DNA of 57,808 nt, filler included, from Sphacelaria rigidula (taxonomy: Eukaryota): NCBI GenBank assembly GCA_964200075.2. It is 6 parts of 6 records of this genome, joined end to end, with 100 filler letters (N's around TTAATTAATTAA, not from the genome) between each part and the next. Parts side by side here need not be neighbours in the genome. Positions count along the whole stretch, not along the records: positions 19,305 to 28,855 come from CAXNAA020008245.1; positions 28,956 to 38,506 come from CAXNAA020008246.1; 4 more parts are not named here. The stretch is one strand, 5' to 3'. The translations under genes were made by a program, and so were the position numbers. A model generated the notes under the pieces. The model had not been told where the DNA came from. It saw only the letters and a program-made list of their open reading frames with translations, and did no database searches. Each line of letters opens with the position of its first letter. Positions within the stretch are counted from its first letter, which is position 1. This document shows positions 23,901-37,130 of the stretch, piece after piece.

Positions 23901-26900
23901 CTTTATGCGACTCGCCGAGCACATCCCGGCGTTTTGCGCCTGTTGATCGCGAGCCTGGTGCGGTGAAAACCCGGCGTGCCCCGTCGCGGTGTTGTAGGGA
24001 TGCGAGGTCAATGGTCTTATGACTGTGGCATGCATAATCATGAGTACACAGCTCCTCCCCTCCCGACCATAACGTGACAAACTGCTTACATGGAGGGGCT
24101 AGTGCGCAGAAACAACATTGAACCACGCGAGTGTGGGTGGTGTGGGTTGACCCTCGCGGAGACTCACCGACAAAGCCGAGTGTTTCGCGTGGGGTTTTCA
24201 GTCGTCCAAAAGAGGTGATTGCCTTCGCGACCACGCACGACGACTTTTCTCGACGGAAAGGGCAAGGTTACACAGCTGATGGGGTTATACGTCCTCGAGC
24301 GCTTAACAAGAGCATTGGATGTTACAGAAATACATTGAACACCGTTCCTTCTGCGGCTTTCCGTCACTGCCGTTCGGTAAATCGCATATGTTCACGATTG
24401 TGTTGTTGGCACAGAAGAATCTCGAATGCGAGGGTAGGGGCGGGGCGGGGAGGCTTGGCCGCTCACCTATTACGGGAAGATGTTACAAGAAAAATGGTGG
24501 ACAACCTGTTACCATTTTTATTTTACTTGTTTTTTTCCTCTTGCTTCGTCCTTGTTGCAATCGACTCTTTGTCCGGCGAGTTTTTCCAATCGTTTTACCT
24601 CGGTGAATACCTGTCTCTGTGTGACCATGGCTGGATTCGCAGCAGATGGGGTAATGGAGAGCACCGATTAATAAGGCAATGATCACATATGTTTTATTCT
24701 TATTCACTGATTGGTTGCACATCAAGTGCTGTAGTGGCAAGCGTTTCGCTGAACGGGTGGTGTGGCGTGCCCACACATCACGTGAACAAACGACGGCCGC
24801 GTGCGCTCTCGCATTCTCTTTTTTTCTTCTTTTCAAGTTTTATTTTTTTTCGTCGATACGCGATGATGGACAGTCGCCGGAACCCTGAAAGCATCGCTTT
24901 ATCGTACTCGACCTAGTACCTTGTTCAGGAAGTTGAATTTTGGTCAGCAATCATTACCCCTGTGTTTGTTTGACATATCCCACCGAGCGTGTCAAGATTG
25001 GACTTCATCCCTGTGCTGATGATGCGCTGGACCATATCGGGAGTAAACCGTCTCTGTGCCTTTGTAAAGTAGTGGCGAGCGATGGTTACCCTGAGCCGCC
25101 CCCTCCCCTGCTCTCTTCCATTCTCCACCTGTAACGCCTACTTTCTCTTTTGTTGTTTTTCTGGTGAGAATACCCGTCCAGGTGTGCTTGGGCACTAAAG
25201 ACCTGCTCACCCCCCTCTCGCGAATCTATCTGTAATGAATCTTGAGCACATGATAACTCGAAAGTACTAACCCATGCCCATGTACACATGTGCACATGCA
25301 CACATACACGCACACAGTATGTGAGCTTCTGATTTTGATAGATGACCCTTGATATTCTCCCCCTCCTTCCGTCCTCCATGAAAAAAACACGTTCATGATG
25401 CTGCCAGTAGTCATCACCGAAGCATCTCGGGATTTTTCGACGCCTAAGCAAACATACCAAAACCATGCTCCGATGTTTCGGTTGTCTCTGATCTCATGGC
25501 ATATGCCATACGAGCCATGTCAAAAGACTCAGCAGCACTCAGACGCCGCGGCCATCGAAATTACTTCATGATATAAGGCGGGCCGATCAAATACTGTTCT
25601 CATCCAAGCCTTCAAATGAGAGGTCATGCATGGTTCTTCTGAATGTCATGTAGTCACCAACCGCCAGGCCTCTTCTGGCAGTATCTTGGGCAGTACTCTT
25701 CCCGTATCCTCGTATACGACGTGTGTTGTGGTGCATGGACTACGGTATTACTGCGCTGTTCCCTAACCAACACGGGGCACGGAGCCCCAGACGATTCGCA
25801 CCGGCCGGATAGACGAGCCGTTGGTATGGCGTAGCAGCAGCACAGCCAAATGGTGGATTGCCGCAAGAGTGCTCTCGTATTGCTTTTCTGGGCCGCTCTC
25901 TTTTGCAGCACAACGACGGTCGAGAGTATTCTGAATGTTATCCTGACTACTTTTACGCACATGTGGGGAGCACTACGATTCGTTTGACGTGGTGCCGACC
26001 TTTTTTTTTCTGATCTGCAGTGCATCCATCTCTCTGAAGTGAGGATCTAACAGTTGAAGCTGTTGTGTTTTCGGCGGCGGCCCTGCTCGTTGATCTTGAG
26101 CAATTTTCAGCTCCATCAGCAGCACGTGTTCACCTCTGATTTCCAAAGACACAAGCGATGCCCTGGAGTTGTGTTCACCGTGGGAATAGTTTCCGGCGTG
26201 TGAGTCACTGCTATCGTGCAGCTGAACCATTTTTAAATTTGACCATGCTGTTGTTCACCTACGGCAGACAACCATAAACACTGACTATTTACACTATTAA
26301 GGGGGAACATTGTCATTAACAGTACGATTGGATAAATGAACGGACGTAACTCGAGCGTTCATTTTTGTCGATTTCGACAAAGGATAGCTCGCATGAACTG
26401 CAAGGTCCACGCGGTCAGCGGCCAGCGCGAAGAAAATTGAAAAGATATGCACGTAAAAAGTGCACGCCCATTTCGCGAATTGTTCTCGTTGGTGTCCTTG
26501 CAATCCTGTATACTACTTTTTTAATACCCCTACTGTTGATAACAATGTTCCCCCGTAATAGGCAAAAGTTGTTACATTGCTGAGCAGCCGCGCCTACAAC
26601 AGCAACACCCCAACGAGCGAATATCGCTTTCCATACCGAGCAGCAAGCGTCATTGCACCACGAGTACAAGAACGTGTGTCTCCAGTTACGAGCTTTCGAT
26701 CAAGCGCAGTCACTCTCTGCAAATCGCCGTGGCTGTCGTGTCACGACATTCCAACCGACCGCGAATATTTCGCTCTCACCTATTTGACACCAAAGATCCC
26801 CACCCCTTGCGCAGTGCAATACAGTCAGCTCAGTACGGTACGGTAGGTGCTGACTGGCCATTTACGTGTTCGTGAGTAGAGGCTGATGCATTTCACTGTA

Positions 26901-27145
26901 GCTTATCCCCACTAAACCGATGAACGATCCGAAACGATACAGTATACCCTTTCTTGAATAACTTGAAAACAGTGTATGCCAAGCGTGAGGACACTTTGAA
27001 TACCTTGAATCCAGGAACTCATCCCGATAAGGGGGAGGGAAGAAGAGATGATGAAATGTTGCAAAACGCATATACACACACACACACACAAACACACACA
27101 GCTGCACCCCCCTCCCTCTCCCCATCCACGTCTACGTGCTGACAG

Positions 27146-27431
27146 GGAACTATCGCGAACCTTCAAGACCCCCGGGCGACGGCCCAGGAGAGGACGCACC
27201 AGCACCGGCTCAGGCGCCGGCGACATTTCGAATTCAGACACAGACGGCGTTTTGGGGGGGAGCTTAGGGTTCTATGACAGTGATCAAGACCCACTGCTAG
27301 GGTCGGTGGCAGGGTCTGGAGGGGCAGGAGGGGCGAGAGGGGGAGTTGCAGGAGGGGGGGGGCATTATGACTATCCTCGGGGTGGCGGGGACGGGGTCGG
27401 CAGCTTACGTAGATTTATGGCCCTTGTGTAG
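27146..27431 (+). CDS. Candidate terminal exon encoding a Gly-rich low-complexity C-terminus of an unknown protein (a possible preceding exon lies at 26796-26842)
   Basis: CA-rich/pyrimidine tract, then a GACAG acceptor; GC-rich open frame ELSRTFKTPGRRPRRG...GGDGVGSLRRFMALV* followed by UTR-like sequence. Confidence 0.5.
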
Positions 27432-28574
27432 GTAGGAAATGTAAGCGATATTAGTTGGTACATAAGTTTTGTGTGCGAGCTTGCGCGTGTGTATATGTGT
27501 GCTGGGTGAGGTTGGTGATCATGAATTTTATGGGGGGCCTTAAGTTTTAGCTTATTCGTTGGATGTTCGTGTTTTTGTTTTCGTTTGGGAGTATGTGGTC
27601 GCCTGTGTGTCGATTCCGTGCGGAGTTTTTTATCCTCTTTTGTCGTGTTATGTTATGCTTTGTTCTTCCACGAGAATGCATTGTAGAAGAGGCATGTTTC
27701 AAGATACACGGTCGATTGCTGTAGAAGGACCAAACGTGCGGATCGGCTCTTTAAAACATCCGATCCATTGTGGCAGAACAAGCAGAACCCTGCATATTTA
27801 TCTTGAAATACTAATGTCCCAGGCACCTCTACAGTACGTCGCCCTGTCGTTCTTGTCAAGCTGTTTCCGCACGACGTGTTTCGATGTCGTATTTCCATTT
27901 TTAACGGACTGTTTTTTTTCTACAGCAAGTGTTGTACTTGTATGAGTTCATTTGTACTACTTTTGGTTGATGGATTGGGGAAGTGAGTTTGTTGTTCTTA
28001 ATAATCAGGGTGTACTCCTACATCGACGATTTACTATTTACTAACGTCATTTTCTTGCACATTTCTTCTTCTATGATATATATATATATGTGTTGTATAT
28101 ATTTGATCATGTGCGGCGGTGGGGCGGAGGCGGGGGAGCGAGCGAGGGATACAGCAACTCTAAACGCTGGCCTCATGCTTGTTGATATGCGTTTCACATG
28201 TCATCCCCTCTGTTGACGCATATCAATGTCAACAGGTTGGGACACATCTTGGAGATAACACAGCGCAATATCTCGTTGCTATTCCAATTTTCAAATTGGT
28301 TGTTGTCTCAGGCTATTCCAGATTCGGCATCAGATTTCTGTGACAGAAAACACTCGTTTATTTTTTCAAAAACCGAGAACTTTTCGGAAAACTGCTCAAA
28401 AGATGACCCCATAATCTGGAGTACAGGGTGGTACTCTCAGCACAAGACAACTCTGCAGTGGTACATGAAGTGCAGATTACTACACTGAACACCAGACAAC
28501 ACGGCAGTTCTGCAGTGTTTTCTGGTTTTAGAACCTGGCCTAGGTGGACAGCACGCTATCACTTATGGATAGAT

Positions 28575-28855
28575 ACACTGCGGTAGCTGGGTATGCTTTC
28601 TTATTTTTGGTCGGTGGAAACTTGGACGTCTTCTTTCACGATGGGCATCAGCGACGGAGCTGCGTAGTACGGTGGGCAACCGAGTTGCGTGCACGCTCAT
28701 GGATAGTGCAGTCTGTACAAAGCTGCACGTTGCTGAAGTCCTCTTCATGTCGCATTGTGAGCAGGGAGCACTGATAGTCTTGGGCTCTCTGCACCGCATG
28801 TTGCCCGCTTCTTCATATCCTCCTAACAGGGTTGCCAGAAAAATGAGAACGTATT
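28575..28855. repeat. Unclassified dispersed repeat; inverted copy at ~38800-39060
   Basis: Shared GGTGGGCAACCGAG.TGCGT.CAC.CTCATG..GTACAAAGCTGCACG and TGCAC.GCA.GTTGCCCGCTTCT. Confidence 0.75.
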
Positions 28856-28955
28856 NNNNNNNNNNNNNNNNNNNNNNNNNNNNNNNNNNNNNNNNNNNNT
28901 TAATTAATTAANNNNNNNNNNNNNNNNNNNNNNNNNNNNNNNNNNNNNNNNNNNN
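28856..28955. other. Artificial contig linker
   Basis: Same N44-TTAATTAATTAA-N44 structure. Confidence 0.98.
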
Positions 28956-30060
28956 ACTGGACCCCCCCCCCCCCCCCCAGGGATGCGAGGTCAATGGTCT
29001 TATGACTATGGCATGCATGATCATGAGTACACCCCCCCCCCAAACCAGCCCAAATATGTTACAGGAAAACGATCATACAGCGCCTGATTTTTTGTTTCAG
29101 GCTGCATGAAGCACCTCGGGTGGGCGACATTGGCGAAAACAAGCCCTATGCTCGTTGTGCTCGGCGTTTTGTATTTTGACTCACGTGTAAATTTTGCCTC
29201 CCCAAACCAGCCACTTTTGTTTTGGAGGGGGGATTATCGTAGAAAGTGTCAACCGCTCTAACTTTATGTTTCGTTTTTTCTTGGCATTCCCAGAGATGTT
29301 GCGCGTATTGATGATAAAAATGCCGCATAAAAAATTCAGGGCCCAACTCCTTCAATCACCGCTTCACCCATTTACCGACAGAAGACACAAATAATATCAC
29401 ATGGCCCCTGGCCCAGCTCGAAGCAGAGTGGATAATCTGCCGACTCGACGAATGATTCATCCTGGCGGTCGAAGGGTTGGGCCAGTTCTAAACGGCGGGG
29501 TATTTCCGGAAACTCTTCGCCAACTCTTTCATTATTTCATATCGAAAGCACGGGGAAACGATATTTAGATGATGACGTGTTAGCATTTTCCACATCCCAT
29601 CTCCACGTGACACAGTCACGCTGCAGCGCTCAACACCGCCAAGATCGCCCGAGAGGGTAGTAAGACCACAAGCAGTGCAATGCAGCCATTTGTGTGCATC
29701 GCAGGACTGGACGGGCGCTGCAAAAGCAGCAGTGCCGGTTCCCGGTGGTAATTCATTTCCGGTCGGAAATGAAAACGTATATCGCGACGGAATATGTGCT
29801 ATTTTCCATACATATTATGGCTGTGAACCGGCGGCTGTGTCCAGTTAAGTTCAAGGCCAGTCAAGTTAGAACTGGCTGCTGGCGCGGCCGGTGTATCGAT
29901 GTTTTTCCAGTTGATCGGTTTCGCCGATGAATTGGAAAAACACCGGCGGCGAGCGGCGAAGCGCAAACACCAACGCCCTCCACCGGCTGGTAAGGGCGCC
30001 TCGCGGGAGCGCCGCGGGGGGCAAGAAAAATGGCGGTGTTTGGCTTGTTTTCTCTCATAG

Positions 30061-30133
30061 CTGGGGAAAATGCGACCTTTCACATTGAGGAGCTGAAGAG
30101 GGATTGGATGACATGGAAATCCCGTTCACTGCG
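30061..30133 (+). CDS. Candidate isolated exon, product unknown
   Basis: Pyrimidine tract plus CATAG acceptor and GCG|GTGAGC donor; open frame GENATFHIEELKRDWMTWKSRSL. Confidence 0.25.
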
Positions 30134-30401
30134 GTGAGCGATCCGAAATTCTTTCATCTGTGGCATGAAGCCGCAGACGCTCTCCGTGAGAAGCGAATGA
30201 CGGGAAGAAGGAAGCCAAGGCTGGCAGCATGCAGGGATAAGAGCGCAATTGTTTTTCACGTCCGGACCGACAAACATGCATGTAGTTGAATAATAGGTCA
30301 TCCATGGTGTAACTTGTATTTGTGGTCGCGGGTTACCGTTGTTGTTTTTGTTCCCCGATGTCGTGCAATGAAACGACATACCTTGGCATATATCCGCTGT
30401 A

Positions 30402-30658
30402 GAGCAATGCTGCGGTAGGGGTGCACTTTTTGCACAACACTTTGTCTGGTTCAGGGAATTCCTAACGATCCCAGATGCACAAGGATATGGATCAGGGCAT
30501 CCCCCTTTGCAAATCCATTCGGGATATCCCTAGCACATCGGAATAGTAATCCTGGCGTACTCTCACATAACTCATGAGTCGTGTTTTGGATGAGGTGAAG
30601 GGCTCCTGACAATTCTAACCCCAAAACATATTCCTGCACCCCTACCGTAGCATCACTG
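30402..30658. mobile_element. MITE with TIR GAGCAATGCT(A/G)CGGTAGGGGTGCA and 4-bp TSD TGTA
   Basis: ~24-bp imperfect TIRs and a perfect TGTA duplication; an inverted homolog lies at 23692-23900. Confidence 0.82.
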
Positions 30659-31249
30659 TGTATTTGAGGTATATAATTGACAATTAAGGTTTCGCGTTCG
30701 GCTGTTCCACATCGATCCTCCCGCCGTATACAAATCAAAACCGCCTTTTCTTTCATGTTTCTCATTCGACTGACCACCCGACCTACACGCTACGGCCGAA
30801 AATAATAGTGGAAAATTGCAGAACCACGAGGTACCAACGAAGCAGACGGGACAAAAAAAAAGAGAACACCTTCAGAAGTCAACTAGTGACTGGCCCAGGG
30901 CGAACCCGTTCTTCATGATGTGCTATGGTATACTACCACAGAACATCAGACCAATGCTGTAGAAGTCGACCGAAACACGAAAGACGAAGCATGAAGCTGT
31001 GCACCGTTGCGTCACGCGTCGTTCACACAATCAATTTCCGTCGACGCCTTCGAAGCGCCCTCCGTTTCAATTATACTCCATACTATTCCTCTGCAACTGT
31101 AAAGTGCAGGCCTCAGTTGTACAATCAAATTGTATACGAAGTATATAATGGTGTAAACATCGTTGTTATAAACTCACCATACTAAAAATGATATAAAAAT
31201 TGCCGGTGAGGGCAAACCTCAAATAGACTGGATTCGGGTGTAGTTTACA

Positions 31250-31490
31250 TGTGTGTTGTGTTGTCATCCCGTTTATTCTGGACGTCGGTGTACACCTTTC
31301 GGTACGTGTGGGCGCACCAGCCCAGGTCACACAAGAGGAAGGCCAACACAGGGTTTTTTCTTTTTTATTCATTTTGCTGTAGTACTCCACCTTCCTTCTG
31401 CGTGGCTTGCCTTTACTCCTTATCACGAGAGGGGTTCAGCAGTCCCTTTCCCTCGTCGACGATTAACTCGAACTTTGTGTACCCACGACA
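31250..31490 (-). mobile_element. SINE family 1 copy, 5'-truncated
   Basis: Body and tail match; head absent. Confidence 0.8.
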
Positions 31491-32194
31491 TTTTGCGCGT
31501 GCATGCTTGAAACTACACGTCGGCATGCTACTCGGGGATAATACCACAGGTTTCAATGGCAAGCTACAATACTACAGAAATCGTATGATAAGGCCTCATA
31601 CAAGTATTAGGTATGGAGGAGTATTTTGGCAGGAGAACTGTTTCGGATATTCATCGACCACTATTTCTCGCGATCTGGGGTTCTAGATTCCGCTGATTGA
31701 CCAGGACAAGGCAATTAGAATGTATGGATTGTATTCATCCCGAGGCTAAGGGCTTATTCCATTTGAGCCGCTCCTCGACTGGCTCGGCGAAGTATTCCCC
31801 GGGGAAACACCAGTCGATGAATAGATTAGGATTTTCGATTACAAATCTGGCGCAAAGCTTGTTGATGATCCCGTCCGTAGTTCGCGCGATGATACCTCGA
31901 ACGTACCATGCTCGCATCTTCTGGGATTCATACGCGATTGCGTTTTTTTTCAACACATGCATCACAATCAACATTCATGAGAAGTGATCCCTATAATCCT
32001 ATGAACCCTGACTCATCCGACCCTTGCAAAAGTTGCTCACGATAATAGTGTCGTCGATCGTTCGCGGGTGTGTTGGACAGCACCTGTCTAACAAGTCCGA
32101 CAAAAATTAATTTAATCGTATCTCATCCAATTTTGAACCGATTTTCCCAGAGCCAACAACTCCGTACTCAGCTGATTAATACCTATGGCTACTC

Positions 32195-32252
32195 GATCAC
32201 GGCTGGACCCCTGGGGGGTCAGTTAAAGTGCGACAATCAATCAATCAATCAA
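32195..32252 (+). mobile_element. Very short retroposed LINE/SINE 3' end with an (AATC)n tail; second copy at 45913-45965
   Basis: CACGGCT.GACCCCTGGGGGGTCA.TTAAAGT.CGACAATCAATC; ACTCG on both flanks of the 32195 copy. Confidence 0.7.
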
Positions 32253-33117
32253 ACTCGTAGAGGTGGTAATTGTCTGTCCTGCGACATTGGGATCATGAGT
32301 CGATGATGTGTGCGTGTGCCTCAGGACTGAGCTGTGTGATAAGGTGTGCCTCAGAATTGGTCCTCGCGCCGCTGGTTTATTTTCCTTTCGATGGCGAACA
32401 ACCCAAAAACGTCTTCGGCGGGTAGGCTTGAAAAATCCAAAATAATTTACGAGCAGAAGAAACGCCGTCGCCTCTCTAAAAATAAAGTGGAAACACCGCC
32501 GCCACTAACAAAAAACGCCGCCGCCTCATACAAAAAACGCCGCCGCTTTTTTCGTTGGAGGGTGGTACCGCGACGATCAACCAATAATATTATTCTCTTT
32601 TGCTCGCTACTTTTTGCTCGAATCCCTTGTTTGTCTCGATAAGGCACGGCCTCACCTGAAGCTCGACGTCACGACGGACTATATCTGGCACAACAGAAGA
32701 CGGTACTATTTATTTTGCGGTTGAGGGTTGGTATATCACGGTGATCAACCGATAACTAGCTGCTTTTTTTTGCTAGCGCTCGTTTTCCCGCAATATCCCC
32801 CCGAAAAAAGCACAGCCCGAAAACAACCACGAAGAAAATGATTGTACAACGCATGATGATGGCTCGTTTTAAGAAAATGATTATACAGCGCATGCATGAT
32901 GATGGCTCGTTTTAGATTGCATGAAGTGTTTCATACGGCCGACATTGGTGAGAATATCCCGAGCGTGCTGGGAGTTCCTAGCTGCTCGGTGTGCTCGGCT
33001 TTTGTTATTTTGACATCCATGTAGAGTTTGCCTCCCTGAACCAGCCAGTATTCTGGAGGGGGAGGGGGGAATATTGTGGCATCAGTGGTCACTTCTCTTT
33101 TCGGGGAAAATCCTCAC

Positions 33118-33318
33118 CTGTCCTTTCTTTAGTAGGAGCATGTGCCCACCAAATGTCCCAATCCACTCCGGCAACAGCTTGGGTGGAGAGGGCAAGGATT
33201 TCCGGCTCCGTAGTCGCAATCTTCGACCCCTCATGAGCAGGTATCCTGCAGCCTTATAAATGGTACACCCCGCCAGGACCAACCCGAGCAGTATCTCTGT
33301 GGGGGATGCCAAAGCCAT
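33118..33318 (-). CDS. Probable first coding exon of a cytochrome P450 (signal anchor, basic stretch, Pro-rich hinge); possibly a fragment
   Basis: MALASPTEILLGLVLAGCTIYKAAGYLLMRGRRLRLRSRKSLPSPPKLLPEWIGTFGGHMLLLKKGQ ends at a CAG|GTGAGG donor. The layout matches the microsomal P450 N-terminus. No catalytic exons were recognised downstream. Confidence 0.5.
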
Positions 33319-36300
33319 CACGCAGAAGAGATAGTCGCTTAATCTGTGGCAGTTATAAGCTCGAGGTGTGAACTAGACAGCGAGCCTCAGGTACGCTATA
33401 TACTGACACACGTGTGCACAACGAGGGATCAGACTGAAAAGATCTTTGAGGACGTGCGATGACTGTGTCATGACGCAGTCAGTAGGGGTTACCCTCTCGG
33501 TAGCTTTGGAACTTTCCGACTTGGTTTTAGTGTCCACACTGAAAATCCGGATCTTTATGTGGAGACTGGACACATGATATCGGAAGTTACATTAGTCATA
33601 TAGTATCCAGTACCCGTAGTCCAAGAAAAAAGTTCTGTTCGACCGTGAAGTATGACATTATATCGACACAGTATATTGGATGATGAGTTTTAAAGTCCGG
33701 AAGCCGTGACCTCGCCCCCGCATGTGAAGGAACGTCAACCTCGGCGAAAGATGGCTCCCCCAGTGGTGAAGGAGGAGGTCAGGCACAGCAGCTCCCCTGA
33801 CATCGAGAGCCTTGTTTTCGACAGTGTGCATGAGGTTCGTGTGGCTCTGTCATGGTATTGTACTGTTGTAATTATCCGTAGGGCCACATGTGGAAAGTCA
33901 GTATCCAACACGCAGGTTCGTGACCAACAGACGGCCTCCGTATTTCCACCTGTGCAGGTTGAATCAGGGTTGAATAGTACGAGAACCTGCCTGCAGGAGT
34001 GAACCAGTTACAGACCAACCAAGACCACGAGGACGCATTCTTGAATCCACACTTACACCAAAGAACCTACACACCGCGTGCGCGTGTCACAGGCCACGCT
34101 CAGCGCAGCACAGCGCAGCACAGCGCAGCACAGTACCGCACCGCAGTTCGACTTATCACCAGCAGTTAGCGGCAGAAGAAGCGGCAGCCGCAGAAGTGTA
34201 GTACATATCGCACACCCTTGACAGGCAGCCAAACCAGCTACTTCAGTAAGCAGTGTTGTTGCTTTTCGATAATATAATATGGAGGCTATGTTTTCGAAGG
34301 TCAGGCGCCAAGGAAATTCGTACCTCGCTTGTCATGACTCCGAAACTTGGAGGATGTGTTGATTAGTACTACAGCAAGGTGTCGGAGCCGCAACCGTGGC
34401 TACACAAGGCGCTGATGGCCCGATCTGCATTGAAACGGTGGATACCATTCTCATCAGATTCTTTGTTTTTTCACCACCTCCTGTCTGATGACGGATGTAG
34501 TATGTACAACTTCGGTCAGGCTCGCAGACCGCACGGATCCTAGAGGCGTCATCGTCAATCTTCGCCCAGTTAGGGATGAATACTCGTAGAAAACCAGAAC
34601 TTAAACAGCATCTAGGCCCCACCATATATGCGAGGGTCTAGGCTAAACGTTTGCCGGTCCGAAAAGCTGGACACGTCAAGGTTAAGCCTATCTTGCGCGA
34701 CTGCTGCGTTCTGCCATGGACCCTGCCCCACGTACCCGACAAGTGGGCAACATCCCTGTACAGACAGTGGCAATGCTAGCGGATACAAGATCCTAACAGT
34801 CTGGTAGCCGGCAAGGTAGTTATGGCAGTGTCCTTCTGGCGATTGCCTCACCTGCAGTTCGCCCAGATGTAGTGGATTTTCCACCGTCTCACCGTGCCAG
34901 AGTATATGTGAAAATGTATCACATCCTGCATCATATGTTAAAATGTCCCAGACCCTGGACGAAGATTCTACCCTGAGTATGAAGACGGTGTTAGAAGTGT
35001 ACTGCGCACAGTACAAAATATAGTGCCGACTATAATTTGTGTAATACTCGTACAGTACCTCAAGTCGGCAACTGCAACGCAACACTTCGAGACAACAACA
35101 GTGTGTAAAAATCCCCAGGGTATGAAATGCTACAGGCGACTTTTGCGCCATGGCAGCTGTGTCACCATACAGCTTCGCCCAAGATACAGGCAGCCATGAC
35201 AGCAGCAGAGGCGACCTTTCACTCCTGCGTGCACAACCTGGGGCAAACGCACGCTGTAGCTGCAGCACGGAGAGGATTACAAAATGATATCCCGCGTACA
35301 CGTCGACCGCAGATACAAGCGATTGCGTGCATGCTGTGGCGAACTGCATAGGACAGCGAGAAATCATTGCAGCATAGGGATAGGCTAGGGATGTTACGTT
35401 TTGTGGTGTGCTTTGTCACCCTGCACCCTGCCGCTGTGCAGTAAGCAGGTCGTGTCCCCGAAGGTGTCGAACATATTGCAGCAAACAACATATTTCATGT
35501 ACAACAGACGAGGATGTGTATTTTAAGACCGATGCGCACAGAGTGGGATCCGCATCTAGAGAACACTGCACCAACTCGCCCTGTTCTAGCGGATACAAGT
35601 ATCTTTTCAGCAAAAATCGCTTGCAACGTGTGCTGTAACGAATGTCATGCGTCATGCAGCTTTCTCCCATATGCAGTATCGCCCGTGAAGCGAGCTGTTG
35701 AAGCTAACAGTGCCCAACCCTATTCCCACTCTGACCTGCTGTCTGAGCTCGAGATGATTGAAACTGCGGAACATGACTTCAATCAGTAGAACGTACACCT
35801 CACCGTGATGAAAGCTCCCATATTTTCGAAAAGGAACGACACTGTAAGTAGGATTGGTTGATTGGTTATACGCATACACTTGTACATGTACTCATGTACA
35901 CCTGAACAAAAACAAGCCATCCCCACATCTCTACTCATGCCATTTATCTTTTAGTTGTTCGCCTCTCCGGAGGCTGAAGAGGTCGGCTCTACGTGGCTCT
36001 CTGGATTCTGCATTTTGCGTTCATGTGAAGGGTCGGTTCATATGTGATGGGGAGAATGTCGGTACAGATTTGCGGTGGCAGTAGAAAAGGGTCTGCACAA
36101 GCGTGCTGTGGCTTTGGTTCTGTCTTATGGGCAGGTTCTGTTATTCTACCTGAGGTGGTGGAAATACGCCGGCCGGGTAACAGACAGCATAGTCGGTACA
36201 GTTGTGCACATCAATTACTCAGTGCTATACTGTGCTGTCAGCACAGTTGTGTGCGTTAATCACTGACTGGAAGCTTCGCAACTGATTCACGCTGCCATGT

Positions 36301-36588
36301 GTGAGTTTCGTTGAAGTACAGGAAGTGCGGATGAAAAATACGTCAAGTCGAAGTGCAAGACAACCACACTCAGCAGGATTAATAGTTCTGTTCTGACATT
36401 GACGTTGCTCCGTGCGTGCTTGTTATCAGACATAGTTTCGGGGGCAGCAGTCCCGACATGCCTCGACCGGTTCCACCACTGCATTGTTTCTTGTGCTTAC
36501 ACATGTGTAAATACCTAGCAGCTCTACTCTCCTTGCTGCGTATCCCGCTTTTGGCGACGGTTACCTGGTGACGCTGCCGCGGGTTGTG

Positions 36589-37130
36589 TTATTATCATTA
36601 TTATCATTATTATTATTATTATTATTAATTTTTTTTATTATTATCATTATTTTCATTATCATTATTTTTATTATTATTATCACTACTATTATTACTAATA
36701 TTATCATCACTATTATTATTATTATTTCCGCACATTAGTCCGATCTCGCGAACCCGTGGTCACAGACGTAGGCTCGCCTTTCCAATACCGTCCTTGCTAT
36801 TCCTTACCTGACACATTACCAAAATAAAAAATAAGAAGAGAGACGCCACGAAAACCGGTGAGAAGTACTCGTAGCTCCCCCGAGTTCAACGGGGAGAGAT
36901 AAGAGAGAAAGAAAGACAAACGAACAAACAAAAAACAAACGCCAGATCTGTCAAAAGTGTACACGAGATAAAGGAAGAGAGGAGATAATAAAGGACAAAA
37001 CAGGAAAAGACTGGTGACGGGGAGATTAGTATGGCTCCCATGTTAGGGTTCAACTAAAAAAATAACAAAAAAACAACAACCCCAGGCACCCTCATATACG
37101 ACTACCACAGCTGTTCGGAGAAAGGCGGCA
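36589..37130 (-). mobile_element. 5'-truncated 3' UTR copy of a related RTE LINE with a long (AAT)n tail
   Basis: The reverse complement of 36725-36792 matches 52600-52668 (GGAAAGGCGAGCC..GTCTGTGACCACGGGTTCG.GAGA.CGG.CT.ATGTGC). The (ATT/ATC)n tract at 36589-36726 is the tail. The far boundary is approximate. Confidence 0.75.

Noticed and set aside
25973-26230. hAT transposase relic (LLDPHFR resembling LDPRFK)
   Set aside because: A single short motif with no other hAT blocks nearby
34612-35367. Longest ORF (251 aa, minus strand) as a gene
   Set aside because: No recognisable domain and intron-like composition; most ORFs in the track are chance frames in introns or repeats
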